A stretch of 35,600 nucleotides of DNA from Chiloscyllium plagiosum (Eukaryota). Position numbers and translations under genes: made by a program. How positions within the stretch are numbered: position 1 is the stretch's first letter; each line of letters opens with the position of its first letter. The notes under the pieces were generated by a model. The model worked only from the letters and a program-made list of their open reading frames with translations. It did no database searches and had not been told where the DNA came from. This document shows, piece after piece, positions 10,801 to 21,632 of the stretch. Location of the stretch: positions 33,192,074 to 33,227,673 of the forward strand of contig NC_057746.1 of assembly GCF_004010195.1 (NCBI RefSeq), in the 5' to 3' direction.

Positions 10801-11069
10801 TGGTTAGTGAGGATGTAGAGACAAAACCAGGGGATGACAGATAGGGTCACGTTCCTGTCTGTCTCCCATCGCCATCCAGACCCACGCCAACCTGTGGTGA
10901 GAAGATCGAATTTGACCCATCGTCCCCTTAAGTCTCACGTGCCTTCAAGAGGGCCAAAGAGGAGGGGGAAGGGCGAAGGGAAGGGAGGAGAAAAGTCAAA
11001 GAGGCCGACGACACCCACAGTTGGCAGCCTACCTGCATGGGCAGCGAATAAGAGCAGAAGCGACCACAT
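1526..11069 (-). CDS. UrIg: Non-rearranging antigen-receptor-like IgSF gene, L-V(J)-C1-C1-C1, 458 aa, probably secreted (UrIg-like). Exons: 11069-11033, 9144-8767, 6358-6041, 3474-3154, 1848-1526
   Basis: All four introns are GT-AG and phase 1. Exon lengths 37+378+318+321+323=1377 nt give one open frame ending in TAA. Canonical V-set and C1-set motifs are present. The symbol comes from a recalled architecture match (shark, one non-rearranged V plus three C1, no TM), not from an alignment. Confidence 0.8.
2601..2920 (-). mobile_element. tRNA-derived SINE (shark HE1/V-SINE-like), head partly deleted
   Basis: A box TGGCTCAGTGG, B-box-like GGTTCCATTCC, body GTGTGGAGTTTG.., CR1-like 3' tail. Homologous to three other copies in the window. 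Confidence 0.85.
3154..3474 (-). CDS. Exon 4, C1-set Ig domain 2
   Basis: Acceptor TTGTTCTACAG|, donor CGGG|GTAAGG. Motifs: ATLVCLATGFYPAEISFRW, NGTYSSQSELT, WNQGALFSCEIQH. Confidence 0.95.
4319..4946. repeat. Tandem duplication of 314 bp (4319-4632 / 4633-4946) spanning two oppositely oriented CR1 fragments
   Basis: Near-identical copies. Twin 72-aa ORFs at 4409 and 4723 are offset by exactly 314 nt. Confidence 0.95.
4800..5250 (-). mobile_element. CR1 LINE 3' fragment
   Basis: Translates to VEAGTIIAFKRHLDGYMN (CR1 ORF2 C-terminus) plus 3' UTR. Confidence 0.88.
5420..5737 (-). mobile_element. tRNA-derived SINE (HE1-like)
   Basis: GGTGGCACGGTGGCACAGTGGTTAGCACTGCTGCCTCAC..GGTTCAATTCCC head, (TCTAA)n tail. 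Confidence 0.9.
6041..6358 (-). CDS. Exon 3, C1-set Ig domain 1
   Basis: Acceptor TTTCCATTTCAG|, donor GCTG|GTAGGT. Motifs: SLLCVGENFYPDDLSFSW, NGTYTAISKL, SQW, ISCQVSHGAL. Confidence 0.95.
7940..8552 (+). mobile_element. CR1 LINE 3' fragment
   Basis: LVRPLLEYCIQFW...RRLRGDLIEVYK...FFTQRVVCVWNELPEEVV followed by 3' UTR. Confidence 0.93.
8767..9144 (-). CDS. Exon 2, V-set Ig domain with germline-joined J-like G strand
   Basis: Acceptor TTTTTTTTGCCTTGCAG|, donor GCCG|GTAGGT. Motifs: TVTLNC (B-strand Cys), YLIW (C-strand Trp), DRFIGS, FSLTIKGLQQEDSARYYC, then GSSNTYFPFSTDW-SGCGVTLTV (GxG-xxLTV). Confidence 0.95.
11033..11069 (-). CDS. Exon 1, signal peptide (MWSLLLLFAAHA-G)
   Basis: ATG at 11069, hydrophobic stretch, donor CAG|GTAGGC, phase 1. 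Joins in frame to GPLAA-DDTLY of the V exon to make a ~17-aa leader. Too short for the ORF track. Confidence 0.8.
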
Positions 11070-11099
11070 TCTCTAAGCTCTGTGGCAGAATCTTCGCAA

Positions 11100-11295
11100 A
11101 TGGCAATTACAATTAACCTTGGAGCTTAAGCTGTTCGAGGTGACAGAGAGGCATTTGGTTGCTCGACTGAAAGTAAGAGAGAGGCAACTGCTGAATATTG
11201 ACCTGCCGTGTACCCCTCCCCAGCCTGATCCACTTATTGCAACAGGCTATTGTGCAGGTTAATCGTTCACTCATGAAGTCTGGCGTAAATAACTC
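11100..11295 (-). promoter_or_regulatory. Putative proximal promoter of the IgSF gene with HNF1-like and forkhead-like motifs
   Basis: GGTTAATCGTTCAC at 11257-11270 (HNF1-like), TATTGAC at 11196-11202 and GTAAATA at 11285-11291 (forkhead-like), all in non-repetitive DNA just upstream of the leader ATG. Motif matches only. Confidence 0.35.
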
Positions 11296-11820
11296 CAACG
11301 GTATCTCGTACTGAACATGGAAACTTTCCTCTTAAGCCCTAGCTGGTCATTGAATTATTTTCATTTCCTGGGGTTTGGAACAAGTGCGTTGTTGCGTTTG
11401 TTACATTTTCCGGTCGTTCTGAAGGATAAACATGTGGATCATGTGGAAAAACACTGCAAGTATTTTTGGGACATCGTTTTAATGCTGAATTGACGTATTA
11501 AATGGGTAAAGTTTCACCAAGACTGGAACAAACTTAGAGCCTCTAGATGAGGGTTGAGCTATTCGGGACTGGGTTAAGGAGAGGGATGGAATTTTAAAGG
11601 CAGGAAGTTCAGAGGGGATTTGACACACGGGGGGATCTGGGAACCTGGAATGCAGTGTCTGTGAGGGTAGCACAGGTGGGAAGCAGAGGTTAGATGGATG
11701 AGCACTTGAAATGTCATAACATTCGAGGGTCAGGGCCAAGGCACAGACTTGAAGGACTGAAGGGCCTCTTCAGAACTGTATACTCTGAGGTTGTGACTCA
11801 CTAGCCACTCAGTACACATT

Positions 11821-12147
11821 AGGTAAAAACATGGACTGCAGATGCTGGAAACCAGAGTCTAGATTAGAGTGGTGCTGGAAAAGCTGTGGAGATGAAGGTG
11901 ATAGGTCAGAGAGGAGGGTGGAGTGGATAGGTGGAAAGGAAGATAGGCAGGTAGGGCAGGTCATGAGGGCGGTGCTGAGCTGGAAGGTTGGAGCTAGGGT
12001 GAGGTGGGGGAAGGGGGAATGAGGAAACTCTGCAGGTAGCCTGCCTCTATTCCTGATGAAGGGCTTTTGCTCGAAACTTTGATTTTCCTGCTCCTCGGAT
12101 GCTGCCTGACCTGCTGTGCTTTTCCAGCACCGCTCTAATCTAGACTC
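11821..12147. mobile_element. Penelope-like retroelement remnant with inverted segment and flanking direct repeat
   Basis: 30-bp inverted repeat at 11855-11884 / 12118-12147. ACTCAGTACACATT direct repeat at 11807-11820 and 12144-12157. Hammerhead-like core at 12053-12076. Confidence 0.7.
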
Positions 12148-12419
12148 AGTACACATTGTTCCATGCCCAGAGTAACATCTAGGCCAGACTGGGTATGGAT
12201 GGCAGATTTCCTTTCCTAAAGAGCACTATCAGATGGGCTGTTACAATAATCAATAACAATTTACACCCTCACCATATCTAACTTTATATCCCAAATTTAT
12301 TAATTTATATTCACCACACTGCCAAACCCCTGTTCCGACAGCATGAAACTGGGCCTCTTGCTCAATGACATGACCCCTCTGCCACTATCGCTCCCACCAG
12401 CGCCTCTCATTTCTTTGGA

Positions 12420-13090
12420 TTACCTAAACATTCAATGGTGTTACCGTGGCTGAATCCCCCACTATCAACATCCTGGAGGTTACCATTGACCAGAAATAAG
12501 ACATATAACCATCGTGACAACAATAGCAGATCAGAGTACTGCAATGAGTAACTCAACTCCAATTTCCCAAAGCCTGCCCACCATCTACAAGGCACAAGTC
12601 AGGAGTGTGACGAAATACTCTTCACTAGTCTGGATGGGTGCAGCTCCAACAACACTCAAGAAGCTTGGCACTATCCAGGACAAAGCAACCCCCCGTTTGA
12701 TTGGCATCACATCCACAAGCATCCACTCCTTCCACTACTGACATTCAGTAGCAGCAGTGGGTACTATCTGCAAAATGTATTAATTAATCAAGGCTCCTTA
12801 AACAGCACCTTATAAACCTACACTTCCACCATCCAGAAGAACAAAGGCAGCAGATACCTGGAAACATCAATCCCTGCAAGTTCCCTTCCGAGCCCCTCAC
12901 CATCCTGACCTGGAAATATATCACTGATCCTTCACTGTCAAAACCCTTAAACCTCCTCCGAACCCCTGCAGCCCCTACAATCCAAGCCTCCAGTAGTTCA
13001 AGAATACAGCTCACCACCACCTTTTCAAGGGGCAATTAGGGATGGGCAATAAATGCTGGCCTCACCAGTGATGTCAGCATCTCACAAGTG
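12420..13090 (+). mobile_element. Degenerate LINE 3' fragment (L2/CR1 group)
   Basis: TIYKAQVRSV.KYS..VWMGAAPTTLKKL.TIQDKA RT C-terminal motif, tail GGGCAATAAATGCTGGCC. Related minus-strand pieces at ~3960-4150 and ~22070-22260. Confidence 0.75.
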
Positions 13091-14816
13091 AGGAAAGAAA
13101 CCTGACTTCAGTCTCCTGTAAGAAGATGTCTTTGTCCAATCCATGGGTGTTAAATTGTGTTAGTAACATTGTTATGAAACACCTTAGGACACATGTTATA
13201 AAAGTAAATTAGGAAACAGTACAGAGAGTGGTGGAAATACAGCATTCCATTGGCCCAGAAGGCAGTGATCACTGGGGAGTTAATTGAAATGTTCAAGAGT
13301 AACATCAATTGTTGCAATGGGCAATAATAAATATGCAGCAAATGCAGGTAATGGGACTGAGAAACAGCCCAACTGTGATCCTAGAGATTAACAGAATGTG
13401 CTTGCTGGGCCAAATGGCCACATTCTCTAACCCCTCAGCTGATACAGCAAAATTATTTGTCTCTTTTCAGATCAGCATACATTGGAATCAATGTCACTGG
13501 CTGTATGAGTGATCACCTCAGTTAATAGTTAATGGGATGGGGTCATTAGCTGCACAAATATCATTCCGAATATTGAGCTTTCAACTGACCTGCTAACTAA
13601 TTTATCGTTCCAGTCCCATGTGCAAGCTCAGTATTGTTCACAAACTAAAGTGCTATTCCAAAAATAAAGCTGCACTTTGGAACTTTTAATGAAATGTTCA
13701 ATTTACTGACACAAACATGTCAGAGCAGTGAATAGTTGAACGTTGAAGGTCCAGTGAAAGATTACAAAAGTTTGTTGACATCTGAACTTGGTCAGATAGT
13801 GCCTAGGCTGCAGAATGAACAAAGTGAAATGTGTAGCAGAGGTGTAGGGGCTCCCTCTACTATCAGCAGTTACTCTGTCTAAGCTCATGTGTTAACGGGG
13901 CATGTACCAGAGTTCACCCAAGTCATTGTGAAATGGAGCTGAAGGTATTTGCTGACATTGACATATTTATCACAGCCTATAGATTTCTTCAAAACTCAGG
14001 TGTCTAATTTGTATCTTCTTAATTCAATACATGCTTAATTGTTAATGCAGCTGACCAGAGAATTACAGAATGGTTACAGCACAGAAGGAGGACACTCAGC
14101 CCATCATGTCTGTGCTCAGTCACTGCAAGAGGAATTCACCGACTGGTACACTTTTGCCATTAGCTCCTAGTCCTGGAGATCGTTCCTGTTTTGGTGATGG
14201 AAGCCTTGGTTGAATCAGCTTCCATCAGTTCCAAAGCATTGCCAGACAGACACTAGGTGTGTGCGATAACATTTGTCTCACTCTTGCCAACCACCGAGAG
14301 TCAGTGTCCTCTGTTTCCCAATCACTTCCACCAGTGCAACAGTTCCTTCCAAAATATTTCATCTTACCCCTTGTGGTTTTGAAGATCTCGATCAAATTTC
14401 CTCTTGACCTACTCTCCTCCAAGGGTTCCTCTCTGGCAGACCCCGGGGTAACTTTGGAATGTGATTTTTTTAAAGATTTCTTTGCAAATGGGAGAGAATC
14501 AAAGTCACCTTTTGGAATTTACAATTGATAGTCAAATCTCTGTTGGCATTTCGGGAGAAATGGTGTGACCAGGCACCATCTGTGTGTGTTGTCCAAGGTT
14601 AGAGATCCCAGCAGCAGATGTAAGAGAGGTTCCTACTCTCTCTCTCTCCCTCTAATGTCACCTAAGACAGCACTCCGTCTGCTGACTTCGACTGTGTCTA
14701 CAATGCTCCAAGCAAACAAAGAACTGATAAAAGACTTCAATCTCCATTGCAATTTACTTACAGACCGTCAACTCATACTTCTCCATCTCATGTGTGTGTT
14801 AAAATTAGGATGAAGA

Positions 14817-15145
14817 TCATAGAAAGCCTACAGTGTAGAAGCAGGCCTTTCAACCCATCGAGTCCACATTGACCCTCTGAATAGCATCCCATTCCTGTAA
14901 CCCTTCATTTGCCAAGGCCATTCAACCTGATCTACACTTCCCTGGACACTATAACCAATGTAGCATGGCCAATCCACCCTAACCTGCACATCTTTCGACT
15001 GTGAGAGGAAACCGGAGCACCCAGAGGACACACACAGACATGGGGAGAATGTGCAAACTTCACACAGACAGTTGCCTGAGGGTGGAATTGAATTCGGGTC
15101 CCTGGAGCTGTGAGGCAGCAGTGCTACCCACTGAGCCACCATGCC
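14817..15145 (-). mobile_element. tRNA-derived SINE (HE1-like)
   Basis: Same head, body and tail as 5420-5737. Confidence 0.88.
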
Positions 15146-15249
15146 AGTAAAATGTAGTTCTATATTTTTAATATGTTTACATGTGTATATTTTAGCTTAA
15201 TATAATAAACACATTACTTTTTAACTTGAAAAAGTTCTGCCATTTTGAT

Positions 15250-17330
15250 CATATATAAGAGCAGAATTAGGCCATTCAGCCCATCATATCTGTTCCACCA
15301 TTCAATCATGGCTGGTATGTTTCTCAACCCCATTCTCGTGCCTTCTCTCAGTTACCCTTGATCCCCTTACTGATGAGGCAGAAAGGTCAATGTTATTTAC
15401 TTGGACTTTAGTAAAGTTTTTGATACAGTAGATTAATTAGTAAAGTTGGATTGCATGGGATTCAGGGTGAGCTTGCCAATTGGCTTAATGGCAGGAGACA
15501 GAGGGTGGTGGTGGAGGGTTAGTCTTCAGACTGGAGGCCTGTGACCGGCGGCGTTTCCCAGGGATTGGTACTATGTTCATTGTTGTTTGTCAATTTTACA
15601 AATGATTTGGATGAGAATGGCAATAGGAGGCATGGTTAGTAAGTTTGCAGATGACATCAAAACTGGTGGTATAGTGGACAGTGAAGAAGGTCATCTAAGA
15701 TTACAAAGGAATCTTGATCAATTGGATCAGTGGCTGAGGAGTGGCAGATGGAGTTTCATTTGGATAAATGCGAGGTATTGCATTTTGGTAAAACAAACAA
15801 AAACAGGATTTATACAATTAATGGTTGGGCCTCGGGTAGTGTCGTAGAACAGAGAGATCGAGAGGTTCAGGTATATAATTCTTTTAAATTTGCATCACAG
15901 GATGACAGAGTGGTTAAGAAGGCATGAAGACACTTGCCTTCAATGTTCAGACCTTTGAGTATAGGAGTTGGGACGTCATGTGCAGGATGTTGGTGAGGCA
16001 TCTTCTGGAATACTGGGTTCATTTCTGGTCGCACTGTTATAGGAAAGATATTGTTAAATTGTAGAGGATTCAGAAAGCATTCACCAGTGTGTTGCCAGGA
16101 ATGGAGGATTTGAATTATTGAAATAGACTGGATAGGTTAGGACTTTTTTTCACTGGAGCATAGGAGGTTGAGGGGTGACTTATCAAGGTTTATAAAATCA
16201 TGAGGTGCATGGATAAGATGAATAGTAAGTGTACTTTCGTAAGCTAAGGGATTTCAAAACTGTTTCCATTCTGTGTGACCTAATGACTCTATAATTAAGA
16301 ACCTATCTATCTTTGTCTTAAAGACACTCAATGACTTGGTATCAACAGCCTGCTATGGCAACTCATGCTACAGATTCACTACCATCTGGCTGAAGACATT
16401 CCTCCTCATCTCAATTCTAAAGGGTTGTCACCTCACCCTGAGGCTGTAACCCTTGGTCCAAATCTCTCCTACAAGTGTAAATTTCTTCTCCATGTCCACT
16501 CCATCCAGACCGCTCAGTATCCTGTAAGTTTCAATCAGATCCCCCAATATCCTTCTACACTCCATCGAGGACAGACTCAGAGTCCTTAAGCGCTCCTCAT
16601 ATGACTAGCCCTTCATTCCTGAGAGCATTCTGGTCAACTTCATCTGGACCCCCTTCAATGCCAGCACATCCTTTCTTAGATACAGGACACAAAACTGCCT
16701 TCAATATTTCAAATGCAGTCTGACCAGAGCCTTAGACAGCTTCAACAGTACATCTCAGCTTTTGTTTTCTAGCCCTCTTGAAATGAGTGACAATGTTGCA
16801 TTTGCCTTCCAAACTGCCAACTGAACCTGCATGTTAACCTTAAGGGAATCCTAAATTAGGACTCACATTTCTGCACATGGTATTCCATCTGCCCTTTCTT
16901 TGCCCACTTGCTAAGCATGTCCAAGTCCTTTTGCAGCCTCCCTGCTTCCTCAACACTATCTGTCCTTCCACCTGCAAACTTAAGAACAGTGTCCTCAGTT
17001 CCTTCATCTAGATTGTTAACATATAACGTAAATAGCTGTGGTCCCAACATATTACCCTGCAAAACTCCACTAGACTCTGGCTGCTATCCTGAAAAAGACC
17101 CCTTTATCCCTACTCTCTGCCTTCTGCCAGTCAGCCAGTCCTCTATCCATGCCAGTATTTTGCCCCTAACACCATGGTCTATTATCTTACTTAGCGGCAC
17201 CACGTCAAAGGCCTTCTGGAAATCCAAATAGATCACATTCACTGGCTCTCCTTTGTCTAACTTGCCAGTTACATCCACAAAGAATTCTAACAGTTTTGTC
17301 AGGCATGACCTCCCCTTGACAAAGCAAAGT
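15250..17330 (-). mobile_element. CR1 LINE fragment (15250-15372 plus 16292-17330) split by the nested insertion
   Basis: VIYLDFQKAFD, WIEDWLTGRRQRVGI and LGPQLFTLYVN motifs. The 3' UTR piece lies on the other side of the plus-strand insertion. Confidence 0.8.
15375..16291 (+). mobile_element. CR1 LINE fragment nested inside another CR1
   Basis: VSKFADD..WQMEFHLDKCEVLHFG motifs with frameshifts. Confidence 0.88.
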
Positions 17331-19759
17331 TCTAGACAATTTATTAGAAATCAGATGTATTGAGTTCAGAGATAGATGTAGGGACTGAAGGAATCATAGA
17401 TGATGGGGAGAAAGCAGGAACAGGGGACTGAGTTGGATGATCAGACGTGATCATATTGGATGGTGGAGCAGGCTCAAAGGGCCGAATGGCCTACTATTGT
17501 TCCAATTTTTTTATTTTTCTGTTTCTATGAATTGGCAAATGCAGTATTTTTAAAATCAAAGCCCTGCTGCATTCCAATGAGTAAAAGAGAGGAGCCATTC
17601 CCTCTCACCTGGATGTAATAACATAAAAGAGTTGTTATTTCTAAATACAATGGGGTTTCTGCCTCTTCCACCCCCTCAGCACTGAGCTCTACAACAAAAG
17701 ATTTTTTCAGTCCCACTGACCCCCTACGAATGACTATGAATGTATTCTCGCCAGGATTCTTAGAAAAAAAACAGCAAATATCCATTCTATTTAGGCCTTG
17801 CAACTTTATAAACAGCAAATGGAAATTTCCCTTCTCTCTTGTCTCTTCCAGAGAACACAACCTTGACCCAATCAAACTTTCCTCATTGCTAAAATACTTC
17901 ATTTGTAGAAATATTCTAAGTGACCTCTGGATTGTCTCTAATCCTGCAATGCAGTGATCAGAACTCTATATTGTCCTTTAGCTATGACCTATCCACAGTT
18001 GTAGCACAATTTCCCTACTCTTTATATTCTGTTTCTCAGCTAATGAAAGCATCTGTTGAAACTAAAGTAGGAAAGTAACCCATATTCCTTTTTAACCACT
18101 TTATCTACCTGTCCTGGTACCTCCAGTGATCTGTCATCTCCATATCTGTTGGATATGCATTCTCAGGTCCCTCTGTTCCTTTACATTTCACTCCAGTGTT
18201 GCCATTTATTGTGCATGTCTCAGCTTTACTACACTCCTGTAATGCATTATCCAATATTCTGTTTGCTCCTTGTTCTCCCACCATTGATAGCTGTCTGTAG
18301 TCCCCAACTTTCTTCCACATTCTCAAATTGGTGACCAATTCTTCAAATCATGAATGCTTACATTTCCACTCAATCAATTACCACAATGTGCATGTGCCCC
18401 TGATGCTGTTGGTGAGATGAATCATTGATTATTCATAGATAATTTTGTATTTCCTTTAGTTACTAATAATGTCTTAGAAAAACAGCACGATTGTAAAAAA
18501 TACTGGTGCAATCTCACTACATTTATTCAATTCTCCATGACAGAATTATAATGATTCTTACATTCCTGCCTAATGTGGACTCTGTATCTGTGGTGCTGCC
18601 TTGTGGGAGTCTAATTTCAATGCTGGCACCAAATTAAAAACAACAAAGTGTGAACATTGGAAATCAGAAATAAAAACAGAAGGTGCTGGGAGCATACAGC
18701 CAATCTGGAGCAGCATAATGTTTCAGACCTCTCACCAGGACTGGAGAAAAGAAGATGGACAAGTTAGAGTTTTTCAGCCAGAGAAGGGGAAACAAGAAGT
18801 AAAGGGAAGCTCTTGTTTTTTTTTAAATTTCATGTTGCATTTGCCAAAAACACTGGATCAAGTTAAAAAAAGACAAAGCGTTGCATACAAATGAGCTGTG
18901 AGTGGTTTCATCTAAACCACAATTCAACCACTCAGTAACATCTCCTCACCCTGTTTAATTTGTTGTTGCCTTTCTGAATTTGGTTTTTAGGGCTGATGAG
19001 CACAAGATAAAAAGCTGCAATGCAAGTAACTTCTGAGTAATGGTCAGCAACTACGTAAAAACCATGAATGCAACATGCAGCACTCCTTCAGTACTGCACT
19101 GAAGTTTCAGCCTGGAATCTTGACACTTGGACCCACCACCTGCCAAATTTCTCACCCCCAAGTCTGGTACAGGCTGGTGTGGGGGTACTATAGATGTTGG
19201 GGAGATAAGACAGTGACAGACGGTAGATTTGGCAGTTTCGCTGTGGTGTTCACTGGGATTCTGAGGCACCTTACATATCTTCCAAGTTGCTGTTCCATCC
19301 TGTTACAGTCAATGAAAATGTAAACTGGGATCAGATATTAAACCAGCTTCCCAATCACTATCAGTTGTTCGATGCCTCTGTAGAAATTCAAAAGTAACAC
19401 TTTGGAATCTTCCAGGATGTTTTCAATCCCCATAGCAGTAGCCAATAAACAAAATAACAATTCAAAGTTACAACAAAACAGTCCCAATGCAGTAGAGCCT
19501 TCCAAACCTTGAAGTGACCTGGATAAACATCCGTGTTCAGTTTGTATTGATGTATTGATGTTCATAGTTCAAACAAAATTAGAAAATCACAGCATCTTTG
19601 ACAGATAAATCGAGGTCAAATTTACACGAAGCAATGATTTTCATAGTTTTAATATAAAAGAGTCCTATAATCTCACTGTAAATATATACCTGCCAGATAT
19701 ATTATTGAACCAGACCATTGAGGAATCTGTTATTGTTCCTTTATTTAGTCCAATGTTTA

Positions 19760-21632
19760 TAGAACCATTGAGATGTACAACAGGAAACAGACCCTTCGGT
19801 CCAACTCATCCATGCTGACCAGATATCCCAACCCAATCTAGCCCCACCTGCCAGCACCCGGTCCATATCCCTCCAAACCCTTCCTATTCATATACCCATC
19901 CAAATGCCTTTTAAATGTTACAATTGTACCAGCCTCCACCACTTCCTCTGGCAGGTCATTCCACACAAACACTATCCTCTGCATGAAAATGTTGCCCCTT
20001 AGGTCTCTTTTATATCTTTCCCCTCTCACCTAAACCTATGCCCTCTAGTTCTGGACACCCCAACCCCAGGGAAAAGACTTTGTCTATTTACCCTATCCAT
20101 GCCCCTCATGATTTTATAAACCTCTACAAGGTCACCCCTCAGCCTCCGACACTCCAGAGAAAACAGCCCCAGCCTGCTCAGCCTCTTCCTGTAGCTCAGA
20201 TCCTCCAACTCTGGCAACATCCTTGTAAATCTTTTCTGAACCCTTTCAAGTTTCACAACATCTTTCCAATAGGAAGGAGACCAGAATTGCACGCGATATT
20301 ACAACAGTGGCCTAACCAATGTCCTGTACAGCCGCAACATATCCTCCCAACTCCTGTACTCAATACCCTGACCAATAAAGGAAAACATACCAAACGCGTT
20401 CTTCACTATCCTATCTACCTGTGACTCCACTTTCATGGAACTATGAACCTGCACTCCAAGGTCTCTTTGTTCAGCAACACTCCCTAGGACCTTACCATTA
20501 AGTGTATATGCCCTGCTAAGATTTGCTTTCCCAAAATGCAGCAACTCACATTTATCGGAATTAAACTCCATCTGCCACTTCTCAGCCCATTGGCCCATCT
20601 GATCAAGATCATGTTGTACTCTGAGGTAACTTTCTTCACTGTCCACTACCCCTCCAATTTTGGTGTCATCTGCAAACTTACTAACTGTACCTCTTATGCT
20701 CACATCCAATACATTTATATAAATGATGAGAAGTAGTGGACCCAGCACCAATCCTTGTGGCACTCCACTGGTCACAGGCCTCCAGTCTGAAAAACAACCC
20801 TCCAACCTCTGTCTTCTACCTTTGAGCCAGTTCTGTATCCAAATGGCTAGTTCTCCCTGTATTCCGTGAGATCTGACCTTGCTAACCAGTCTCCCTTGGG
20901 GAACCTTGTCGAACACCTTGCTGAAGTCCATATAGGTCACATCTACCACTCTGCCCTCATCAATCCTCTTTGTTACTTCTTCAAAAAACTCAATCAAGTT
21001 TGTGAGACATGATTTCCCACACACAAAGACAGGTTGACTATCCCTAATCAGTTCTTGCCTTTCCCAATATATGTACATCCTGTCCCTCAGGATTCCCTTC
21101 AACAACTTACCCACCACCGAGGTCAGGCTCACTGGTCTATAGTTCCCTGGCTTGTCTTTACCGCCCTTCTTAAACAGTGGCACCACGTTAGCCAACCTCC
21201 AGTCTTCCGGCACCTCACCTGTGACTATCGATGATACAAGTATCTCAGCAAGAGGCCCAGCAATCACTTCTCTCGCTTCCAACAGAGTTCTAGGGTACAC
21301 CTGATCAGGTCTAGGGGATTTATCCACGTTTATGCATTTGAAGACACCCAGAACCTCCTCCTCTGTAATCTGGACATTTTGCAAGATGTCACCATCCATT
21401 TCCCTACAGTCTATATCTTCCATATTCTTTTCCACAGTAAATACTTGTTTAGTATCTCCCCCATTTTCTGTTGCTCCACACAAAGGCCGCTTTGCTGATC
21501 TTTGAGGAGCCATATTTTCTCCCTAGTTACCCTTTTGTCCTTAATGTATTTGTAAAAACCCTTTGGATTGTCCTTAATTCTATTTGCCAAAGCTATCTCA
21601 TGTCCTCTTTTTGCCCTCATGATTTCCCTCTT
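19760..21632 (-). mobile_element. 5'-truncated CR1 LINE (~1.9 kb) with 404-aa RT remnant
   Basis: PGNYRPVSLTS, DFSKVFDKVP, GVPQG..LGPLL and SKFADD motifs. Frameshifts at both ends, intact 3' UTR. Confidence 0.96.

Noticed and set aside
1526-11069. Conventional IgM, IgW or IgNAR heavy-chain cluster
   Set aside because: No RSS, D or separate J, only three C domains in view, no tailpiece or light-chain Cys, and atypical FR2. CDR2/C'-C'' is retained, unlike VNAR. A germline-joined derivative cannot be fully excluded without phylogeny.
20299-21513. 404-aa reverse transcriptase ORF as a host gene, retron or DGR-like diversifier of the V gene
   Set aside because: Ordinary 5'-truncated, frameshifted CR1 ORF2 with several homologous fragments in the window, and no template/variable repeat pair.
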